A DNA stretch of 64,000 nucleotides from Adlercreutzia sp. ZJ176 (GTDB lineage Bacteria > Actinomycetota > Coriobacteriia > Coriobacteriales > Eggerthellaceae), in contig NZ_JAAKEC010000015.1 of NCBI RefSeq assembly GCF_011038975.1, forward strand, positions 18,501-82,500, read 5' to 3'. The position numbers were made by a program, and so were the translations under genes. Below are positions 56,852-64,000 of this stretch, one piece after another. Under the pieces are notes generated by a model. It made no database searches. It worked only from the letters and a program-made list of their open reading frames with translations, and had not been told where the DNA came from. Positions within the stretch are counted from its first letter, which is position 1; each line of letters opens with the position of its first letter.

Positions 56852-57214
56852 ATGACGCCTGCTGTTCTCGAGAAGCCGAGGTTCAACGTCGATCAGCTTA
56901 CTTCTGCCACTGAGGCGGCGAAGAGATTCTCCGAGGTGCGTAAACGCGCGAAGAAAGAACCCCAGTTCATAACGGATCGCAACGCGGTCGACTCCGTCAT
57001 CATGTCCTACGAAGAGTTCGAGGCCATGTACTGCGAACTTGCGGGCTACCGCGAGCGCGAGCTGCTCGCCGTCGCTGCCGCGCGCATCGCCGAGGGTGAC
57101 GCTGCCGCAGGTCGAGAGCGCGTCAGCTTGAAAGAAGCCATGGGCGAAGACGGCTACGCCGAGTACCTGGCCTGCGATGCTGACTCCATTTCCGACGAGG
57201 ATCTGTTCGAATGA
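56852..57214 (+). CDS. Phd/YefM-family antitoxin with acidic C-terminal extension
   Basis: QLTSATEAAKRFSEVRKRAKKEPQFITDRNAVDSVIMSYEEFEAM fits the Phd/YefM fold. GGAGGA RBS. Confidence 0.7.
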   Translation: MTPAVLEKPRFNVDQLTSATEAAKRFSEVRKRAKKEPQFITDRNAVDSVIMSYEEFEAMYCELAGYRERELLAVAAARIAEGDAAAGRERVSLKEAMGEDGYAEYLACDADSISDEDLFE

Positions 57215-57558
57215 GCGGCAGATTCCAGGTTGCTTTCTACAACGAAGCCGCCGCTAAGGAGTATCGCAAGCTCGATGGCTCGATGAAGAAGCTGGTCAAC
57301 ATAGCGCTCAAAAAGTTGGAGACGCGGGCTGACGAAATCGGCACCCCTCTTGAGCGGGAGTTGTCGGGCTGCAAGAAGATCAAATGGCGCAATGCCGGCC
57401 TTCGCATGGTGTTCAGAATCGTTGACGAGAAGACTGTTGAGGTCGTGGAGATAATTGCGATCGGGCAGCGCGACAACGAGCGAGTCTACAAGCTTGCAAC
57501 GCGCAGGTTCGAGACGCCTGGCGGCAGGATCGGGGTGGAAGGCGAGAGGCGCGCATGA
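57211..57558 (+). CDS. RelE/ParE-family toxin
   Basis: 115 aa. RNAGLRMVFRIVDEKTVEVVEIIAIGQRDNERVY fits the RelE/ParE C-terminal pattern. The start overlaps the antitoxin stop (ATGA). Confidence 0.65.
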   Translation: MSGRFQVAFYNEAAAKEYRKLDGSMKKLVNIALKKLETRADEIGTPLERELSGCKKIKWRNAGLRMVFRIVDEKTVEVVEIIAIGQRDNERVYKLATRRFETPGGRIGVEGERRA

Positions 57559-57600
57559 GAGAACTCGAGAGCATCCCGCTTGGCTTTGGCGGGAAGGGAA

Positions 57601-57628
57601 GGGCCCGGGATCGGATGATCCCGGGCCC
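57601..57628. terminator. Bidirectional hairpin terminator between convergent relE-like and ppk1 genes
   Basis: gggcccgggatc ggat gatcccgggccc; a perfect 12-bp stem. Confidence 0.6.
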
Positions 57629-57736
57629 TTCGTGCGTCAGGGGATAGATTGCGCGGCGCGCCCGCGGTGTTTCACGCGGCGCCCTCAGGGCGCGTCACTC
57701 CGAGGAGCGGCGCGCCCGCGCGCCCGCGGCCGCTCG

Positions 57737-60700
57737 CTACTTGCGCCTTCCCAGGGCGCCGAGCAGGCGGCTCAGGAGGCTGGGGCGCTTGGAGGGTCGG
57801 GGAGCCTCGCGGCGCGCCAGGGCGTTCTCGCGTGCCGCCTCGGCAGCCTGCTTGGCCGCGTCGGCTGCGGCGGTTCCGGCGCTGCGGGCTGCCTGGCGGG
57901 CCGCCCGCGCGGTGGTGCTCCGCGCGCTGCGCGCCGCGTCGGCCGCGCTGGCCCCCACCTGCTTGGCTGCGTCAGCCGCCACGCTGCCGGCCGACTTCGC
58001 CACGCTCGCGGCGACGCCTCCGGCGACGACGGCCGCGCTGCCCGCCGCGTGCGCCACGCTGGTGGCGGCGCTCCTCGCAGCCGCCTTGGCGTGCTCGATC
58101 TGCTCGGGGCTCGGTGCGGCCACGTGCACGCGCGTGCCTTCGCCGCCGAGCTCGCCGGGCATCTCGTCAGCTTCGTCAGAGGCGGCCCCGTCCTCGACGG
58201 GCGTGGCCTCGACGACGATCTCCTCGACGGCGGCCTCGACGCCCGGCGCGTCCGCGTCAGCTGCCGCGCCAGCTGCCGCGCCTGAGGCACCCGCGCCCGC
58301 GCCCGGCGCGCTCGCGCCAGCAGTCCCGGCGGCGATCCCGGCAGCCACGGTCCCCGCTGCGCCCACGGTTGCGCTCGCGACGCCGGCAGCCTCGCCGACG
58401 CTCATGAACACCTTCCCTGCCACCGTGGTGGCCTCGTCCTCGTCGATCGCGGGGGCGTCCACGAACTCGGACACCTCCTCGCCGAGGGGCTCGTGCGCGA
58501 ACGCGCGCCCGCCCACGCTTATGCGGTTGGCCTCGCGGTGCGCCTCGAGCTCGGCGGCGGCCAGGTGCTTGCGCTGCGCCTCGGCGATCAGGTAGTTCTG
58601 CGAGTCGAACAGGGGAGCGCCCGGCTCGGCGAAGTACCCGAGCTCGGTGTAGGCGCTCGTGGGCAGAAGCTCGCGCAGCTTGGCGGTGTCGCTCATGCAG
58701 GTGGCCAGGTAGCCGAGCACCTGGTCGCGCAAGTCGTTGTTCAGGATGGGCCAGGCGATCTCGATGCGCTTGTCCATGTTGCGCGTCATGAGGTCGGCGC
58801 TCGACAGGTACACCTTGCAGTTTTCGAGCGGGCCGAAGCAGTAGATGCGGCTGTGCTCGAGCAGACGGCCCACGATGGACACCACGCGCACGCGGTCGGT
58901 GAAGCCCTCCACGCCCGGCACGATGCAGCTGATGCCGCGCACGAACAGCGTGCAGTCGACGCCGGCCTGCGAGGCCTCGGCGATCTTGTCGATGACCTCC
59001 TTGTCGGTGACCGAGTTCGTCTTGAAGTACAGCCCGCAGGGCTCGCCCCGCCGCGCGAGCGCGATCTGCTCGTCGATCCCGGCGATGATGTTCTGCTTGA
59101 TCTGCAGTGGCGCCACCCACAGGATGTCGTAGCTGTCGGAGGCGTTCTCAAGCGCCATGTTGCGGAAGAACTGCACGGCGTCGCGCCCGATGGAGGGGTC
59201 GCTCGTGATGAAGGAGAAGTCGGTGTACAGGCGCGCCGTCTTCTCGTTGTAGTTGCCCGTGCCGAGCTGCGTGATGTGCTGCAGGCCGCCGTCGGTCTGG
59301 CGCGTGATGCAGCACACCTTCGAGTGCACCTTGAAGTCGCGGAAGCCGTAGATCACGTGGCATCCGGCCTGCTCGAAGCGCTGCGACCACTCGATGTTGT
59401 TGCTCTCGTCGAAGCGGGCGCGCAGCTCGAACAGCGCGGTGACCTCCTTGCCGGCCTCGGCCGCCGCGATGAGCGCCTCGGCGAGGTGCGAGTGGCTGGC
59501 CAGGCGGTACAGCGTGATCTTGATGGAGATCACCTTCGGGTCGGCCGCGGCCTCGCGCAGAAGCTGCACGAACGCGTCCATCGACTCGTAGGGGTAGGAC
59601 AGCAGCACCTCGCGCTCGCTCACCTGGTCGATGATGGGGCGGTTGCGGTCGAGGCATGCGGGCCACTGGGGCGTGAACGGCGTCTGCGCGAGCACCGCGC
59701 GCTTCTTCGCCGACACGCGGCCGGCGAGTCCCCAGGTGAAGCCGAGGTCGAGCGGCACCGAGGTCACGAACAGCTGGTGCTCCTTGAGCCCGAGCTTCTC
59801 GAGGAGGAGGGGCTTCACGATGCTCGACAGCTCGCGCTCGCTCTCGAGGCGCACCGGCGCCAGGCGCGAGCGCTTCTTCAGGATGCGCTTCATGTGCTCG
59901 CGGTAGTCGTCGCCCTGCTCGTCGGCGCCCTCGGTGGCGTCGAGGTCGGCGTTGCGCGTCACGCAGATCACGTTGGTGTGCTTCACCTTGTACATGGAGA
60001 ACACCTCGGCGGCGTACATCTCGATCGCGTGCTCGAGCAGGATGAACGAGGTCCCCTTGCCCGGCAGCTGCACCACGCGGTCGCACTGGCGCGGCAGCGG
60101 GATGAGGCCGAGCGTCACGCCCTCGGCGCCGAGGTCCTTGGTGGCGCGCGCCTCGCGGGCGGCCTCCTTCGCCGCGGCCTTCCCGGCCTTGTCGGCCTTC
60201 GGGTCCTTCGCGCGGGACTTCTTGTCCTTCTTCGGCAGCGCGCGCTCGTCGAGGCGCACCACGATGTAGAGCGCGCCGTTCTCGAGGTGGGGGAAGGGGT
60301 GGCGCGCGTTGATGATCTGCGGCGAGAGGAACGGCATGACCTGGGCGTGCACGTAGTCGTCAAGGTAGGAGCGCTGGTCGTCGGTGAGGTCGGCGGCGCG
60401 CACGTTCTCGATGCCCTCGGCGGCGAGCTGGGCGCGCAGGTCCTCGTAGGTGCGCTCGTAGTACGGGTAGAGCTCGTGGCAGCGCGCGTAGATGGCGTCG
60501 AGCTGCTCGGCGGGCGTCATGCCCGACTTCGAGTCGATGATCGACTTCTTGACCAATGCGAGGTCGGTCAGGCTGCCGACGCGTACCATGAAGAACTCCT
60601 GGAGGTTGCTCCAGAAGATGGAGATGAAGTTCAGGCGGTCGAGCAGGGGCACGGTGGCGTCAGCGCCCTGGTCGAGCACGCGCTTGTTGAAGGCGAGCCA

Positions 60701-60757
60701 GGACAGTTCACGGTTCTGCATGTAGGGGAGTCTGAGGGGTGCGACGTTACGGTCCAT
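57737..60757 (-). CDS. ppk: Polyphosphate kinase 1 with ~320-aa Ala-rich C-terminal extension
   Basis: PPK1 N, H, C1 and C2 domains (YMQNRELSWLAFNKRVLDQG...FISIFWSNLQEFFMVRVG...two PLD-like HKD regions). Then the low-complexity tail AAGIAAGTAGASAPGAGA...AADAAKQ...AARSARS. Confidence 0.9.
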   Translation of the reverse strand: MDRNVAPLRLPYMQNRELSWLAFNKRVLDQGADATVPLLDRLNFISIFWSNLQEFFMVRVGSLTDLALVKKSIIDSKSGMTPAEQLDAIYARCHELYPYYERTYEDLRAQLAAEGIENVRAADLTDDQRSYLDDYVHAQVMPFLSPQIINARHPFPHLENGALYIVVRLDERALPKKDKKSRAKDPKADKAGKAAAKEAAREARATKDLGAEGVTLGLIPLPRQCDRVVQLPGKGTSFILLEHAIEMYAAEVFSMYKVKHTNVICVTRNADLDATEGADEQGDDYREHMKRILKKRSRLAPVRLESERELSSIVKPLLLEKLGLKEHQLFVTSVPLDLGFTWGLAGRVSAKKRAVLAQTPFTPQWPACLDRNRPIIDQVSEREVLLSYPYESMDAFVQLLREAAADPKVISIKITLYRLASHSHLAEALIAAAEAGKEVTALFELRARFDESNNIEWSQRFEQAGCHVIYGFRDFKVHSKVCCITRQTDGGLQHITQLGTGNYNEKTARLYTDFSFITSDPSIGRDAVQFFRNMALENASDSYDILWVAPLQIKQNIIAGIDEQIALARRGEPCGLYFKTNSVTDKEVIDKIAEASQAGVDCTLFVRGISCIVPGVEGFTDRVRVVSIVGRLLEHSRIYCFGPLENCKVYLSSADLMTRNMDKRIEIAWPILNNDLRDQVLGYLATCMSDTAKLRELLPTSAYTELGYFAEPGAPLFDSQNYLIAEAQRKHLAAAELEAHREANRISVGGRAFAHEPLGEEVSEFVDAPAIDEDEATTVAGKVFMSVGEAAGVASATVGAAGTVAAGIAAGTAGASAPGAGAGASGAAAGAAADADAPGVEAAVEEIVVEATPVEDGAASDEADEMPGELGGEGTRVHVAAPSPEQIEHAKAAARSAATSVAHAAGSAAVVAGGVAASVAKSAGSVAADAAKQVGASAADAARSARSTTARAARQAARSAGTAAADAAKQAAEAARENALARREAPRPSKRPSLLSRLLGALGRRK

Positions 60758-60853
60758 TGCATCTCGCTTTCTCTTTGTGGGGGCGACGGCATGCGTGCGC
60801 AAGGCGCGCAAGCGTCAAAGGGCTTGGGGCGCGCCAGGGAAGCCTCGAAAAGC

Positions 60854-61780
60854 CTACGCTTCCAGTATACGCCTAATGAGGAATCCTTCGCGCACGCCGT
60901 ACTTGCATATTTCCAAACTCTCGGCGCCGAGCGCGCGCATGAGCGTGATCGCGATGAGGCAGCCGGGCACGAGCGTGTGCAGGCGGTCAGGCGTGGCCTT
61001 CACGGCCAGGTGCGCGAAGGTGTGCGGGTTGCGCGCCAGGAGGGCCAGCAGCGCGTCGAGCTGGTGGAGCTCGAGCACGCGCGGGCGGCCGGACGTGCCG
61101 AAGGCGGCGGCGTACATCTTGGCGGCGGCGCGCGTGGATCCGCCGACGCCGTACAGGCGCGCGGCGCGGTACGGCTCGAGGTCGCCGAGCGTGTCCAGGT
61201 GCGCGGCGAAGGCGTCCTCGATGACGTGCATCTCGTCATGCGTGGGCAGGATCATGTCCACGAACTGGGCGTACGACGACACGCTGCCCTGCGGCAGGCT
61301 CACGCCGCAGCTGTCGGCGCCGCCCTCGACGCGCGTGAGCTCGGTCGAGCCGCCGCCGATGTCGATGAGCGTGCCGCGCTCGATGGCGCGGTCGCACGTG
61401 GCGCCCACGAACCCCAGGTGCGCCTCGTCGCGCGCGGAGAGCAGCTCGACGGGCAGGCCGATGGCGTCGCTGATGGCGCGCGTGGCGGCCTTCGAGTTCG
61501 TGCAGTTGCGCAGCACGGCGGTGGCGAACACGCGCACGCGATCGCAGCCCACGTTGCGCGCGCGGCGCAGGTGCTCGGTGAGCACCTCCACGGCGCGGTC
61601 GATGCCGGCCTGGGTGAACACGCCGTCGCTCACGTAGGCGGACAGCCCCGCGATCTTCTTCTCGTTGATGACGCTGTGGAAGTCCTTCTTCGAGAAGGGC
61701 TTGCGCGCGTTGCCTGCCACCTCGTAGACCACCAGGCGAATGGAGTTCGACCCCAAGTCGATGACGCCGTAGTATGCCAT
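60854..61780 (-). CDS. ppx: Ppx/GppA-family exopolyphosphatase
   Basis: YGVIDLGSNSIRLVVYEV...VRVFATAVLR...GTLIDIGGGSTEL. RBS GGAGAGGGAGG. Confidence 0.85.
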   Translation of the reverse strand: MAYYGVIDLGSNSIRLVVYEVAGNARKPFSKKDFHSVINEKKIAGLSAYVSDGVFTQAGIDRAVEVLTEHLRRARNVGCDRVRVFATAVLRNCTNSKAATRAISDAIGLPVELLSARDEAHLGFVGATCDRAIERGTLIDIGGGSTELTRVEGGADSCGVSLPQGSVSSYAQFVDMILPTHDEMHVIEDAFAAHLDTLGDLEPYRAARLYGVGGSTRAAAKMYAAAFGTSGRPRVLELHQLDALLALLARNPHTFAHLAVKATPDRLHTLVPGCLIAITLMRALGAESLEICKYGVREGFLIRRILEA

Positions 61781-61922
61781 GAGCCTCCCTCTCCGCCCGC
61801 CCGAGGGCGCGCAGCCAGTGATAACAGTGATAATATGGTTCCATCTTATCAGTTTCGATGCAATTAGGCGCGTTCGCATGCCGTCAGGCGTTGTGCGCGG
61901 ACGCGTGCGAGGAGGCACCGCC

Positions 61923-63521
61923 ATGCTTGAGAAAGTCGACTTCAGCCAAAAGCCCCTGACGAAGGAAGCGTACAAGCAGGACTATGACGAGCTCGTCGAC
62001 CGCTTGGTGGTGCTCCAGCAGCAGGCGCGCGAGAAGGGCGTGGGCCTGGTGGTGCTGTTCGAGGGATGGAACGGCGCGGGCAAGGGCAGCCGCATCTCCG
62101 ACCTCATGTACAACCTCGACGCGCGTGCGACCAGCGTGTACGTGGCGTCTGACGTGGACGCGTCCAAGGTGCGCGACTTCCCCGGGCGCTCGAACGGCGT
62201 GTCGGACTACTTCCCGCTCATGCAGGAGTACTGGCAGGCGCTCGGCGAGCGCGGCGCCATCACGTTCTACGACCGCGGCTGGTACACCAAGGCCACGCAG
62301 CGCATGCTCGCGCGCACGGCGGGAGAGCTCCTGCATCCGCGCGAGGGCGCGCGCCACTACCTCGAGCCCATCCGCGACTTCGAGCGCCAGCTCGTAAGCG
62401 ACGGCTACGTGGTGGTGAAGTTCTTCGTCCACGTGACGAAGAAGGCCCAGCGCAAGCGCCTCGAGCGCCTCTATGACGACCCGGCCACGCGCTGGCGCGC
62501 GCCCGAGAAGAAGCTCGCCAGCACGCGCAGCTACGAGGACCAGTACGAGCTGTACGACCGCCTGCTCGAGGGCAGCAACTTCGACTTCGCGCCGTGGGTG
62601 CTCGTGAACGGCGAGGACAAGCGCGCCGCCAACCTGTCCATTGCGCGCACGCTCGTGACGGCCTTCGAGGATGCGCTCGCCCGCAAGGCGCACCGGGACA
62701 AGCAGGCCGTCCCCGCGGTGGAGCCCGACACCCCGCCCGCGGAGGCCGCGCGCATCCAGCACGCGTTCGCGCCGGCGGCCTCGCGCTTCGCCATCGTGGC
62801 CGACTACCCGCAGGTTGACACCATCGACCACACGCTCGCCCTCGAGCGCGACGAGTACAAGTGCGAGCTCAAGAGGCTGCAGAAGCGCCTGTTCCGCCTG
62901 GAGAACATGATGTACCAGGCGCGCATCCCGCTGATCATCATGTACGAGGGCTGGGACGCCGCCGGCAAGGGCGGCAACATCAAGCGCGTGGCCCAAGCGC
63001 TCGATGCGCGCGCCTACACCATCTTCCCGAGCCCCGCGCCCACGAAGTTCGAGCTGGCCCACCCGCATCTGTGGCGCTACTGGACGCGCCTCCCCAAGGC
63101 AGGGCACGTGGGCATGTACGACCGCTCGTGGTACGGGCGCGTGCTGGTGGAGCGCGTGGAGGGCTTCGCCACGCCCGAGCAGTGGTCACGCGCCTACGAC
63201 GAGATCAACGAGTTCGAGCACGACCTGTTCGACTGGGGCGCCATCCTGCTGAAGTTCTGGGTCGACGTGAGCCCCGAGGAGCAGCTGCGCCGCTTCGAGG
63301 CGCGCGCGGCCGATCCCTCCAAGCAGTGGAAGATCACGCCGGACGACTGGCGCAACCGCGAGAAGTACCCGCAGTACAAGAGCGCCATCGACGACATGTT
63401 CCGCCTGACCTCGACCACCTACGCCCCCTGGGTGGTCCTCGAGAGCGACAACAAGCTCCACGCCCGCGTGAAGGCCCTGCGCACCATCGTTGACGCCTTG
63501 GAGGATCGCTTGGGAAAGTAG
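61923..63521 (+). CDS. Two-domain polyphosphate kinase 2 (polyphosphate:AMP/NDP phosphotransferase, PAP-like)
   Basis: Two PPK2 P-loop modules (VLFEGWNGAGKGSRIS and IIMYEGWDAAGKGGNIKRV), each with its lid region. Divergent from ppx-ppk1. Confidence 0.85.
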   Translation: MLEKVDFSQKPLTKEAYKQDYDELVDRLVVLQQQAREKGVGLVVLFEGWNGAGKGSRISDLMYNLDARATSVYVASDVDASKVRDFPGRSNGVSDYFPLMQEYWQALGERGAITFYDRGWYTKATQRMLARTAGELLHPREGARHYLEPIRDFERQLVSDGYVVVKFFVHVTKKAQRKRLERLYDDPATRWRAPEKKLASTRSYEDQYELYDRLLEGSNFDFAPWVLVNGEDKRAANLSIARTLVTAFEDALARKAHRDKQAVPAVEPDTPPAEAARIQHAFAPAASRFAIVADYPQVDTIDHTLALERDEYKCELKRLQKRLFRLENMMYQARIPLIIMYEGWDAAGKGGNIKRVAQALDARAYTIFPSPAPTKFELAHPHLWRYWTRLPKAGHVGMYDRSWYGRVLVERVEGFATPEQWSRAYDEINEFEHDLFDWGAILLKFWVDVSPEEQLRRFEARAADPSKQWKITPDDWRNREKYPQYKSAIDDMFRLTSTTYAPWVVLESDNKLHARVKALRTIVDALEDRLGK

Positions 63522-63621
63522 GGCGGCGCTGCTTGCGGAAAGCGAGGGGTCGCGCTAGTATGTTCGGATGCATGTCTCGACCCGCGCGCAGCGGCGCGCC
63601 TGACGCCGAAGAGGTAGCCTT

Positions 63622-63726
63622 ATGAGCTTTATTCCCATGGAAGCGGTCTGGGTGATTGTCGCGATCATCGTCCTGATCATCGTGATCTTCATCGCGAAGG
63701 GCTTCATCGACGAGATGAAGAAGTAG
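63622..63726 (+). CDS. Candidate 34-aa single-TM small protein
   Basis: MSFIPMEAVWVIVAIIVLIIVIFIAKGFIDEMKK. GAGGT RBS 6 nt upstream. It is below the ORF-track size cutoff. Confidence 0.35.
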   Translation: MSFIPMEAVWVIVAIIVLIIVIFIAKGFIDEMKK

Positions 63727-63886
63727 CATCCGATGAGCACCTCGCCTCGCATCGCAACGTGCTCGCGCGCGAGCTTCACGCCGCGTTGCCAGGCAGGATG
63801 AATTGCATGTTAAACCTTGTGGGCGCCCCCGATGACCGGGGGCGCCTCCTATTATGATGGCGTCGCATCGTTTTTGAGAGGACCTC

Positions 63887-64000
63887 ATGGCTCGACACGT
63901 AAGACAACCGCAACCACCCGACTCCCAGCCGACGCCGCCCGCGCGCCCGCGCGCCCGCCGCGCCGCCGAGCCCGCGCCCGCGCCCGCGGGGCGTTCGCAG
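63887..64000 (+). CDS. Start of an uncharacterised ORF (Pro/Ala/Arg-rich N-terminus), truncated by window end
   Basis: ATG at 63887 with an upstream GAGAGGA. The ORF runs to the window edge. Composition alone does not establish that it is coding. Confidence 0.25.
   Translation, partial: MARHVRQPQPPDSQPTPPARPRARRAAEPAPAPAGRSQ

Overview
High-GC (~65%) bacterial chromosome segment. Gene order and content are Actinobacteria-like, most plausibly Coriobacteriia/Eggerthellaceae; that placement is inference from gene content only. The backbone is conserved housekeeping: htpG, mazG plus a small alarmone synthetase, pyrH-frr-uppS-cdsA-dxr / rseP-ispG-proS, rlmB-yacP, rpoB-rpoC, glmM, and a polyphosphate cluster (ppx-ppk1 divergent from a two-domain ppk2/pap). 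Several accessory blocks are interleaved. (1) A BrnT/BrnA-like toxin-antitoxin pair plus a large sortase-type surface adhesin are inserted between dxr and rseP. (2) A close AGAT-like glycine amidinotransferase homolog sits behind a terminator-containing leader and is flanked by an EamA and an MHS-type MFS transporter. (3) An orphan NrfD-like membrane protein, a GntR regulator and an SPFH protein form one block. (4) An AbrB-domain::MNT nucleotidyltransferase fusion is paired with a HepT (RX4HXY) toxin. (5) A TAT-exported three-subunit molybdopterin oxidoreductase (PsrABC/DmsABC-type) has a TorD-like chaperone. (6) A Phd/RelE pair has a palindromic operator. Non-coding signals: a CIRCE-like operator in front of htpG; a ~190-bp MITE-like element with 28-bp perfect terminal inverted repeats; two copies of a ~230-bp composite hairpin repeat family; several short tandem repeats; and a shared AT-rich near-palindromic 17-mer upstream of the two NrfD-containing loci. 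Two proteins carry unusual appendages: RpoC has a C-terminal RpoA-alpha-CTD-like helix-hairpin-helix domain, and PPK1 has a ~320-aa Ala-rich C-terminal extension. No rRNA, tRNA or CRISPR arrays were recognised. Because of the high GC content there are many long antisense ORFs in the six-frame track; these were rejected.
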